A DNA stretch of 64,000 nt from Thermodesulfobacteriota bacterium (GTDB taxonomy: Bacteria > Desulfobacterota_D > UBA1144 > Nemesobacterales > Mycalebacteriaceae): assembly GCA_965205855.1 (NCBI GenBank), contig OZ242184.1, forward strand, positions 576,001-640,000, read 5' to 3'. A model generated the notes under the pieces. That model had not been told where the DNA came from and ran no database searches. It saw nothing but the letters and a program-made list of their open reading frames with translations. The translations under genes were made by a program, and so were the position numbers. This document shows, in pieces, positions 11,903 to 19,938 of the stretch. The first letter of the stretch is position 1, and the number at the start of each line of letters is the position of its first letter.

Positions 11903-12750
11903 TTGAAAAACCTTCCCATTATTATTCCGAGTTTCTTTTTTGTTTCCTCGCTAATCATTTCCGGCGATGTTAGAACCGCGTTCTCAAGCGCGGAGGAACA
12001 CCGGCAGTCTCGTTCTTCTCCGAGAAGTTCCGGTAATTTGTTAATGATTTTTTTCGCGGTTTCAACATTGGCGGCGAGAGTTTTTATCACACTGTCCACG
12101 GTTACGGCTTCATGTTCATCGTGCCAGCAGTCATAGTCGGTCGCCATGGCAAGGGTCGCGTAGCATATCTCCGCCTCTCTGGCGAGCTTTGCCTCGGGCA
12201 TGTTTGTCATTCCTATCACATCAACCTTCCAGTTTCTGTAGAGCATGCTTTCCGCGCGCGAGGAAAACTGCGGCCCCTCCATACAAACATAGGTTCCGCC
12301 GCTTTGTGCGGTTGCTTCGATTTTCAGGGCGGATTGATAAAGCGCCGAGGAAAGGCGCGGACAAACTGGCTCCGCCATTGACACATGCGCCACTATTCCG
12401 CCTCCGAAAAATGAGGATTCCCTGTTTTTTGTGAGATCTATAAACTGAGACGGAACGATGATTTTTCCGGGTTTGATTTCCTCCCTCATACTACCCACTG
12501 CGCTGACCGAAACTATGCGTTCCACCCCGAGGCTTTTAAGCGCGTAAATGTTCGCCCTGTAGTTTATTTCGGAGGGAAGGAGGGTGTGCCCGATACCGTG
12601 GCGCGGAAGAAACGCCATTCTTGCCCCGTTCAAAACACCTGTTGTTACCGCGCCGGAAGGTTCTCCCCACGGGGTTTTTACATCCGTCCGCTCAATGTCT
12701 TCAAGGCCGTTTATTTCATAAAGCCCGCTTCCGCCTATTACGCCGGTCAT
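11899..12750 (-). CDS. mtnP: S-methyl-5'-thioadenosine phosphorylase
   Basis: GVIGGSG, FLPRHG..H, EGPQFS.RAES, GMTN.PEAKLAREAE, TDYDCW. Confidence 0.93.
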   Translation of the reverse strand: MTGVIGGSGLYEINGLEDIERTDVKTPWGEPSGAVTTGVLNGARMAFLPRHGIGHTLLPSEINYRANIYALKSLGVERIVSVSAVGSMREEIKPGKIIVPSQFIDLTKNRESSFFGGGIVAHVSMAEPVCPRLSSALYQSALKIEATAQSGGTYVCMEGPQFSSRAESMLYRNWKVDVIGMTNMPEAKLAREAEICYATLAMATDYDCWHDEHEAVTVDSVIKTLAANVETAKKIINKLPELLGEERDCRCSSALENAVLTSPEMISEETKKKLGIIMGRFFK

Positions 12751-12767
12751 TTCCGTTATTTCTCCCG

Positions 12768-13424
12768 TTACTTCGTTTTTCTCAAGACAAGGATGCACCT
12801 CTTTCCGCCGCCCCCAGGAAGTTCGGTTTCCTCCATTGTTTCAAGTTCAAGGTTGAAGTTTGTGTCCGCAATCGCCCCTTTTTCTTTTTTCCACTCCCGT
12901 GCGCCGCCTTCGCCCTTCATTACAAGCAGGATACCGCCTTCTTTGACAAGGGGCAAAGCCACGCGCGCTATTTCCGGCGTTCTCGCCACGGCGCGCGAGA
13001 CGGCGATGTCAAAGCCACCGCCTATCTTCTCGTCTTCCTTTCCCGCTCTCGCTTTCACCGCGCGAGTTTTGTCCAACCCGAGTTCCCTTATCACCTCCCG
13101 CATGAAAAACACCTTTTTTTCGCGCGAGTCGGTAAGAACAAGACTGATTGAAGGACGGCATATTTTAATGGGTATTCCCGGAAAACCCGCTCCCGCCCCT
13201 ATGTCAAGCACCGAGCTGGACGGCTTGATATGGCGCAACAGGGTGAGCGAGTCAAGAAAATGCCCGACCGCTATCGCTTCGGGGGTTCTGATGGAAGTAA
13301 GGTTGATTTTTGAAGCCCATTTACGGAGCAGTTCCGAGTAAATCTCAAATTTTCCCGCTGCAAGCGGGTCGATATCCGCGCCGATTTCCCTTCCGCCTTC
13401 CGCCAGTATTTGAACGAGATTCAT
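12768..13424 (-). CDS. rsmG: 16S rRNA (guanine527-N7)-methyltransferase
   Basis: W...INLTS, HFLDS, DIGAGAGFPGIP, SRAVA. Confidence 0.93.
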   Translation of the reverse strand: MNLVQILAEGGREIGADIDPLAAGKFEIYSELLRKWASKINLTSIRTPEAIAVGHFLDSLTLLRHIKPSSSVLDIGAGAGFPGIPIKICRPSISLVLTDSREKKVFFMREVIRELGLDKTRAVKARAGKEDEKIGGGFDIAVSRAVARTPEIARVALPLVKEGGILLVMKGEGGAREWKKEKGAIADTNFNLELETMEETELPGGGGKRCILVLRKTK

Positions 13425-14251
13425 TTTACCAGCCGTATGGATGCGGGATGCCCTATCCTGATATTCGGGCGACCCCTGTACATTGACACTCTTCCTACAA
13501 CACTGACCGTTTTGCCCGTATATTGTTCAAGGGGATTGATTCCGAAATGCAGAAAAGTGCCGACCGAATTGCCGAATATAACCATGTCAAAACCGCCCGT
13601 GGTTTTCAGTATTATAATTCCGGACTTTTTTCTCAGCGAATCCGTAACCCTTCCTTGCGCGACTATTCTCCGGCCCTCCATCTCCGGGATTTTCCCGGCG
13701 GGGGTCATAAATTTTTCATTCCCCTTTCCCGGTTTGAACTTCCATTGGCCGCTCCAGATTCCCCTGCGGTTTGCCATCGCGCTTTTCTGAGCGTGCCGGA
13801 GTTTTTCCATTAGCGCGGGGTCCTGAAAGCCGATTTCAAAAACGGTTGCAAGCCCCGCTTCCACAAGCCGTTTATTGACATTTTCGCCGTCTGAAAAAAC
13901 AAATCCGATTAGCCTTCCGTATCTGCCGTATCTTTCCCGCGCGAACCTGACTTTCACTGTTCCGCTTTTCAAAAGGCCGGCGTTCATATCCGTCGCTTCT
14001 TCCGAAAACGGGTCTCCCGGAGAGTCCGTAGTCGGGATTTCCGGGCAGTCTATGCCCTCATATCTTAAAGACATTTCCCGCCCCTTACGGTCAACAATTT
14101 TTATGGTGTCGCCGTCAATGATTTTTGCGACCCTGAAAGTTTGTTCGTTTTTTGCTCTGCTACCGAGTCGTGAAAACACCCCGCCGTAATTTGCCAGTGG
14201 CAGAAAAACGAGCAAAACAACAAGCCACTTTGCCGATTTGAACCCTCTCAT
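13421..14251 (-). CDS. Thermonuclease (SNase)-family protein with N-terminal anchor and C-terminal OB-fold-like domain
   Basis: IDGDT, R..GIDCPE, YGRL, LVEAGLA, RRGIW; C-terminal GKTVSVVGRVSMYRGRPNI. Confidence 0.85.
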   Translation of the reverse strand: MRGFKSAKWLVVLLVFLPLANYGGVFSRLGSRAKNEQTFRVAKIIDGDTIKIVDRKGREMSLRYEGIDCPEIPTTDSPGDPFSEEATDMNAGLLKSGTVKVRFARERYGRYGRLIGFVFSDGENVNKRLVEAGLATVFEIGFQDPALMEKLRHAQKSAMANRRGIWSGQWKFKPGKGNEKFMTPAGKIPEMEGRRIVAQGRVTDSLRKKSGIIILKTTGGFDMVIFGNSVGTFLHFGINPLEQYTGKTVSVVGRVSMYRGRPNIRIGHPASIRLVK

Positions 14252-15378
14252 TCCGTTTCCCTTTCAAATGCCGCGAACGCGACAAAGCCCGCAAAAACAG
14301 CCAGTCCCGCCACCGCATACATGGTGCGAAAACCCATGTTTTCCGCGATTATTCCGAGCGGAAAAGCCGCGTAGTTTATACCCGCGCTGAAAGACGAATT
14401 GAAAGCGCCCATTGCGGTCGCCATTCCGGTTTTTGTTCTGTCTGCTATCATTGCGCCGAGGGTGGGATAGAGAAGCCCATATCCCGCGCTGAACAGAAAG
14501 CAGAACACAACCGCTTGCAAATCCGAACCGGTCTGCGATATGAGTAGAAGCGACAGCGCTACCGCGAACAGGGCGGGAGCCGCGGTTTTCTTCCGGCCTT
14601 TTGTGTCAGACAGTTTTGAGAAAAATATCCTCACCGTTATTACGGTCACAGCGTATGTGAGAAAAAAACCTGACGCTTCAAACCCATTTCGGTAAGCGAA
14701 CACGGCAAAAAAGTTGAGAAGACTTCCCAGACCCACCGCCACCGCGAGGTTGGCAAACAGAATGGTTCTGTACCGTTTTGCCACAAGAAGCGAGAAGAAC
14801 TCCACGAACGGTTTTTTGTCCTCGCGGCGGGGGAGGGTTTTCTCTTCCCGCACCATAAGACTGAGGGCGAGGGAGGTAAAACCGAATGACGCCGCGTAGA
14901 CAAACAGCGCATCCGTTCCTCCCCAGTGGTTTACTATGTGCTCGGCGATTGTCGGGCCCACCGCGTATGAAAATATCGTAAACGCTCCAAAAATTCCGAG
15001 TCTTTCGGCGACGCGGTTTTTCTCCGCCGTGCCGGGAACCATTGCCGTGGCGGAGGTGAAAAACGCGGCGAACCCCGCCCCCTGGAGAAGTCTCAAAACG
15101 AAAATCATATATCCGATATCTTTTACAAAAATGAAGCACAGCGACGCGCCCGCCATCAAGGCCGCGCCCGCGACCATAAAGACCTTGCAGCCCCTACGGT
15201 CTGCGAGTGTTGAAAAAAACGGTATGAGAAACAGCGAGGTCAACCCGAAACTGCCCATTATATAACCAATCAGGGATTCTCCGCCTCCAAGCTCTTTTAC
15301 AAAAATCGGTAGCAAAAAAAATGAGGAGAAGTTGCAGAAGAATAAAAAATTTGACAATGTGATAAGAGCAAAATTCAT
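14248..15378 (-). CDS. MFS transporter
   Basis: About 12 hydrophobic segments, motif A variants LADRRGCK and LSDTKGRK, RLLQGAG. Confidence 0.9.
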   Translation of the reverse strand: MNFALITLSNFLFFCNFSSFFLLPIFVKELGGGESLIGYIMGSFGLTSLFLIPFFSTLADRRGCKVFMVAGAALMAGASLCFIFVKDIGYMIFVLRLLQGAGFAAFFTSATAMVPGTAEKNRVAERLGIFGAFTIFSYAVGPTIAEHIVNHWGGTDALFVYAASFGFTSLALSLMVREEKTLPRREDKKPFVEFFSLLVAKRYRTILFANLAVAVGLGSLLNFFAVFAYRNGFEASGFFLTYAVTVITVRIFFSKLSDTKGRKKTAAPALFAVALSLLLISQTGSDLQAVVFCFLFSAGYGLLYPTLGAMIADRTKTGMATAMGAFNSSFSAGINYAAFPLGIIAENMGFRTMYAVAGLAVFAGFVAFAAFERETE

Positions 15379-15499
15379 TGGATTGACAGCGCGCTTTTGG
15401 AGTTCGCTCCGCGGATTATAAAGTTGCACGGAATTTACGTTTTTGTAAAAAGTACGGTTTTGTTTCAACATCGGTTATTTGTGTTATTATTGTCGCTCC

Positions 15500-15572
15500 G
15501 AGCCGTTAGCTCAGCTGGTAGAGCAACTGCCTTTTAAGCAGTGGGTCGCAGGTTCGAATCCTGCACGGCTCA
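15500..15572 (+). tRNA. tRNA-Lys(TTT), CCA not encoded
   Basis: GAGCCGT/ACGGCTC acceptor stem, TAGCTCAGCTGGTAGAGC D-arm, ACTGC-CTTTTAA-GCAGT anticodon arm, GGTTCGAATCC T-loop. Confidence 0.97.
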
Positions 15573-15582
15573 CTTTTGTCCG

Positions 15583-15657
15583 GTCCCCGTCGTCTAGCCT
15601 GGCCCAGGACACCGCCCTTTCACGGCGGCAACAGGGGTTCAAATCCCCTCGGGGACG
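15583..15657 (+). tRNA. tRNA-Glu(TTC), CCA not encoded
   Basis: GTCCCCG/CGGGGAC acceptor stem, CCGCC-CTTTCAC-GGCGG anticodon arm, GGTTCAAATCC T-loop. Confidence 0.97.
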
Positions 15658-15671
15658 GTAAATACGGGATT

Positions 15672-16250
15672 CTATGTTTGGTTTTCGAGAACTGTTTTCG
15701 CCGCTGCGGTTAAATCGTTGGCAACAAAATCCGCCGCCGTGTCAACGCCCGCGGTTTCTCCGCTGATACGGATGGTTGAAAATCCGCTCCGTATTCCCGC
15801 TGATACATCCTTTTCGGAATCTCCCACCATCCATGAAACTCCGGGGTCAATGCCGTGTCGGGCAACTATTTTTTCTATCATCCGTGTTCCGGGTTTTCTG
15901 CAATCGCACTGTCTGTTGTAGGGGGCGACCGTTCCCTCCGGATTGTGCGGACAGTAGTGGAAACCTGAAAAACACACTCCGCGCTCCCTGAAATACGCGT
16001 CCATTTCGGCGTGGACTTTTTTCACATCACTCTCGGTCAAAAACCCTTTTGCCACTCTTCCCTGATTTGTGACAATGAAGAGCAGATAGCCTGCGGACTG
16101 AATTCTCAAAAGTGCTTCGGCGTAGCCGTCCGGAATGTGGAAATCCCCCGGTCTGTATATATATCTTGCCCCGTATGGCATCAGGACGGTTTTGTCCCTG
16201 TCAAGAAGAACGCATTTTGTAGCCGGTTTTTTCATTTTTCCGTCAGGCAT
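15672..16250 (-). CDS. gmhB: D-glycero-D-manno-heptose 1,7-bisphosphate phosphatase (HAD-IIIA)
   Basis: LDRD, VTNQG, CPH..C.CRKPG, MVGDS..D. Confidence 0.8.
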   Translation of the reverse strand: MPDGKMKKPATKCVLLDRDKTVLMPYGARYIYRPGDFHIPDGYAEALLRIQSAGYLLFIVTNQGRVAKGFLTESDVKKVHAEMDAYFRERGVCFSGFHYCPHNPEGTVAPYNRQCDCRKPGTRMIEKIVARHGIDPGVSWMVGDSEKDVSAGIRSGFSTIRISGETAGVDTAADFVANDLTAAAKTVLENQT

Positions 16251-16932
16251 ATTTGAGTATCAGCCAGGCTATTTTTGCGCCGGCTTTAACGCTTCCGAGA
16301 AGCGTGCCGCTTATTTTGGAAGTTCCCGTTCTTTTTCTGTATCTCACGGGAATTTCCGCGCACCTTAAGCCATTTTTGGCGGCTTTTATCTGCATTTCAA
16401 CCGTCCACCCGTAGCCCTCGTCCCGCATTTTCAATGTTTTAAGACTTGAGAATTTGATTGCCCTGAACGGGCCGAGGTCGGTGAATTTCACTCCGAAAAG
16501 CGCGCTAAGCACAAAGCCCGCGAATCTGTTTCCCACCACCGTGTGCGGAGGCAACGCGCCGTTTTCCCGTTTTCCGGTGATTCGCGAACCGACAACAAAA
16601 TCCGCTTCTCCGCGCACAATCGGCCCGGTCAGCAGTGAGATTTCCGAGGGATAATCAGAATAATCCGCATCCAGAAAAACCACAATCTCCGGGAGACATC
16701 CGGATTTTCGGGATATGTGCCTGAGTCCGGCGAGACATGCCTTTCCGTATCCGCGCGCGGGCTCGTCAACCACAACCGCTCCCGCTTCGCGGGCTTTTGA
16801 GGCGGTTGAATCCGTTGAGCCATTGTTTACGACGACTATCTCCGCGACATTCTCACGCGGGATTTCCCTGACAACCCCGCCGACCGACAACTCTTCGTTC
16901 AGCGCCGGAATTACAACAGCGACATTTTTCAC
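16243..16932 (-). CDS. Glycosyltransferase family 2
   Basis: VIPALNEE, VVNNGSTD, GYG.A, FLDAD, DLGPFRAI. Confidence 0.9.
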   Translation of the reverse strand: MKNVAVVIPALNEELSVGGVVREIPRENVAEIVVVNNGSTDSTASKAREAGAVVVDEPARGYGKACLAGLRHISRKSGCLPEIVVFLDADYSDYPSEISLLTGPIVRGEADFVVGSRITGKRENGALPPHTVVGNRFAGFVLSALFGVKFTDLGPFRAIKFSSLKTLKMRDEGYGWTVEMQIKAAKNGLRCAEIPVRYRKRTGTSKISGTLLGSVKAGAKIAWLILKYA

Positions 16933-16941
16933 ATCTTCTCC

Positions 16942-19938
16942 CTACACATTTTTCAACTCCGCGGAGGGAAGAACGCAGATATAGCGTTCAACCGGTTTTT
17001 CCCCGTGGATTTTTTCAATCGCTTTGCAGTAGAAATCAATCTGTTCGGCATATTTCTCGAGTTCAAACGAATCAGTGTATTTGTAGTCCACAATAACCTT
17101 TCCTTTGTCTGTTTCAAGAAGAAGGTCTACCTTTCCGTTGCGGATTTCCCTCCCGTCCGCGCGGTCGTTTTCAATCGTGAACTCGTATTCCTTCCACAGA
17201 TTTTTCGCTTTGCGCACCATTTCCGCGAGTGGGGATTTTAGTGCATTTTCCGCGCATTGCCTCACTGACCCTTGGACCGATTTTGCGGATTCAAAGCTTT
17301 CTGTCGCAACAAATTTCGCAACACTCTCAATCGACTCCGGTGAAAAATCCCATATCTCAAAAAACCTGTGGATAATCTCTCCTTCTTCCGCCTTTGTTGT
17401 CGTACAAAACCTGCCCGGAGATTCCCCGGTTTCCTCCTCTTCGTACAGCGGGCGCAAGCTCTCCGCCGTAACCCTGTCTTTCCCGTCCCGGTGGCGCTTC
17501 TCTTTACCTTCCACCGTTTTTCCCCTGATAGCGGGGGTTTCTCCCGCCTTACCTTCAAAACCGGGCATCTGTTTCAATCCGCTTTCAATTATTCCGGCAA
17601 GACTTGAGTGGTTGGATATGCCGGTGTGTCTCCGGGTCAATATCATATCTCCGGCTCTTGTCATTGTTACATAAAGTATTCTTTTTTCTTCTTCTTCGGA
17701 TCCCGACTCCGCGATTTCCTTCCAGATTCCGATTCCGCACCGGTCGTGGCAGACCATAACTCCACGACCCGTGCCGACCGCTATATTGCCGCGGTTGGCC
17801 ACCGGCGCGTAGTTCGTATCGGCAAGAAAAACCACCGGAAATTCAAGCCCTTTTGACGCGTGGCTTGTCATAAGACTTACGGAATTGCCCGGCTCGTCAA
17901 CCGCCGCGGAACCGCCGCTGTTCTTTGCGGCCTCAAAGCGGCTTACGGCTTCAGGCAACCCCGTTCCTTCCCAGGTGAATTGAGCGCATATTTCGACAAA
18001 TTTCATTATGTTTGAGCGGATTTGCCGTCCGTTGTCCAGCGCAAGCGCCCCGGCCGCATAGCCGAGGTCATACGCGGCGAACCGCGCGGTTTGAAGTGGT
18101 GAGGAAATGTTAATCTTCTTTCTTTTCTCAACTATTGAAAGCAGATAACGCGCCGCCTGTTCATGCTCTTTTCCGCCGCCGCGGGAGAGCATTTTCAAAA
18201 ACCCGTTGTATGAAGGTGTTTGCCGCTTTTTTTTCTCGGAAAAATACCGCATGAGTCCGGTGTCTGAGATTCCGAAAAAGGGCGACCTTAAAACGGCGGC
18301 TTCGGCTTTTTCATCAAGCGGGTTTATGATGAATTTCATCATTGAAACAATGTCCCTGATTTCCGCGAGCCCGAAAAATCCGGTTCCTCCCGTCCGTTTG
18401 AACGGCAGGCATGCGCGCCGTAAAGCTTTTTCATAGATTTTTATGTTGCTTGATCTTCTGAAGATAAGGGCAATGTCCGAGAGTGAGTAACCGCCGGTTT
18501 TAGTGAGCGCGGATATTTTTTCCGCTATGTGTGCCGCTTCATTTGCTCTTGTTTCTTCCGCGGAGTTCCCTTCCGCCGGAAAAGTCTCAAATACGCCCGC
18601 AGATTCGCGTCCCGCTTTCATGGGTTTGTAGTCGTCAAAAATGTTCTCAAAAAACCCATTAAGAAAATCCGTCAGTTTTGACGAGGTTCTGTAATTTGTC
18701 GGCAGGCGAAATTTCTCAAACTCCGGCGAGGCCAGAATGTCGCGGAAAAGTCCCGGCTCAGCTCCCCTGAATCCGTAGATGGATTGCAGCATGTCTCCGA
18801 CAACTATGAGTTTTCCCTTTTCGCCGTACAGAAGCTCAATCAGTTCGTATTGCAATGAATCAGTGTCCTGAAACTCGTCCACCATTATCAACCCGAACCG
18901 TTCCCGGTAGCGTCCGCGCACGGAGTGGTTTTTTCTTAGAATCCCCGTTGCGTTTATGAGCAGGTCTTCATATTCAATCGCCGAGTTTTGAATTTTCAAC
19001 TTCTCGCATTGCTTGAGCGCTTCTTCAACAACCGGAATATAGAGACCGGTTAGCTTCGCGTTGAGAAAGTCTGCCGCCGCCGTTGCGTGCGCCGCCATTT
19101 TTTCCGCGGCTTGTTTTTCCCCTACGCTCGCTTTTTTCATATCTGCAACTGCTTCCATTTCCCGCGCCGCCTCTTTGAAATTGAGGCAGAGAAATCCGTC
19201 CGGCGCGGAGGGGTTTATTTTCTCCGCGGCTTTTTCAAATCTTTTGCGCGCGTAAGTTGTGGAAAAAACCTTTTCGTTTTCCTCAAACATTTTCAGTAAT
19301 GACTCCGCGCCGGGGGGATGCCCGTTACCAGGCGCAAGGTCTGGCGAAAGAAGAGGGGGACGCAGGTGTTTCTGCGCCGTTTCGCGGATTATATGCGCGA
19401 TATTTTTCAAAACGGTATCCAGATTGAACAACTCATTTTTCAGCAATTCATCCAGCGCCTCCGATGCCGCTCCCGAACCCGTGCGGAGTTTCAGCACCGT
19501 CTCAAGGACAGACCTTTCCAGTATCTCTTCCGTAGCACTCTGCTGTGCGATTTTAAAACCTCCCGTCCAGTTCGTATCAAAAAGATTTTCTTTCATAATG
19601 CGCGCCGCAAGCCCGTGGATTGTGCTTATCTGGGCGGTGGAAATTTTGGCAAGCGTGTCCGTATTGAGATTTCCGCACTCGCCGAACTCTTTTATGTAAG
19701 CGCCGATACCGGCGCCCAGGCGCTCCCTAATCTCCGCCGCGGCGTTTTCCGTAAAAGTTATGGCGACAATTGAGTCTATTCCAGATTTTCCCGATTCCAG
19801 CTCGACAAGGCAACGCGCGACCAGAAGCCGGGTCTTGCCCGTTCCCGCGCCTGCGGAAACGGCGATACGTCTTGCCTCCGACCTTACAATTTCGGACTGT
19901 TCAGGGTTCAGTTCCAAAAGCTGCGCGACTTTTTCCAT
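16942..19938 (-). CDS. addA: AddA-like UvrD helicase/PD-(D/E)xK nuclease
   Basis: Walker A AGAGTGKT, VDEFQDT, VGD..QSIYGFRGA, NYRT, H.SKGLEFPVV, C-terminal GKVDL..IVDYK. Start overlaps the addB stop (TGATG). Confidence 0.85.
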   Translation of the reverse strand: MEKVAQLLELNPEQSEIVRSEARRIAVSAGAGTGKTRLLVARCLVELESGKSGIDSIVAITFTENAAAEIRERLGAGIGAYIKEFGECGNLNTDTLAKISTAQISTIHGLAARIMKENLFDTNWTGGFKIAQQSATEEILERSVLETVLKLRTGSGAASEALDELLKNELFNLDTVLKNIAHIIRETAQKHLRPPLLSPDLAPGNGHPPGAESLLKMFEENEKVFSTTYARKRFEKAAEKINPSAPDGFLCLNFKEAAREMEAVADMKKASVGEKQAAEKMAAHATAAADFLNAKLTGLYIPVVEEALKQCEKLKIQNSAIEYEDLLINATGILRKNHSVRGRYRERFGLIMVDEFQDTDSLQYELIELLYGEKGKLIVVGDMLQSIYGFRGAEPGLFRDILASPEFEKFRLPTNYRTSSKLTDFLNGFFENIFDDYKPMKAGRESAGVFETFPAEGNSAEETRANEAAHIAEKISALTKTGGYSLSDIALIFRRSSNIKIYEKALRRACLPFKRTGGTGFFGLAEIRDIVSMMKFIINPLDEKAEAAVLRSPFFGISDTGLMRYFSEKKKRQTPSYNGFLKMLSRGGGKEHEQAARYLLSIVEKRKKINISSPLQTARFAAYDLGYAAGALALDNGRQIRSNIMKFVEICAQFTWEGTGLPEAVSRFEAAKNSGGSAAVDEPGNSVSLMTSHASKGLEFPVVFLADTNYAPVANRGNIAVGTGRGVMVCHDRCGIGIWKEIAESGSEEEEKRILYVTMTRAGDMILTRRHTGISNHSSLAGIIESGLKQMPGFEGKAGETPAIRGKTVEGKEKRHRDGKDRVTAESLRPLYEEEETGESPGRFCTTTKAEEGEIIHRFFEIWDFSPESIESVAKFVATESFESAKSVQGSVRQCAENALKSPLAEMVRKAKNLWKEYEFTIENDRADGREIRNGKVDLLLETDKGKVIVDYKYTDSFELEKYAEQIDFYCKAIEKIHGEKPVERYICVLPSAELKNV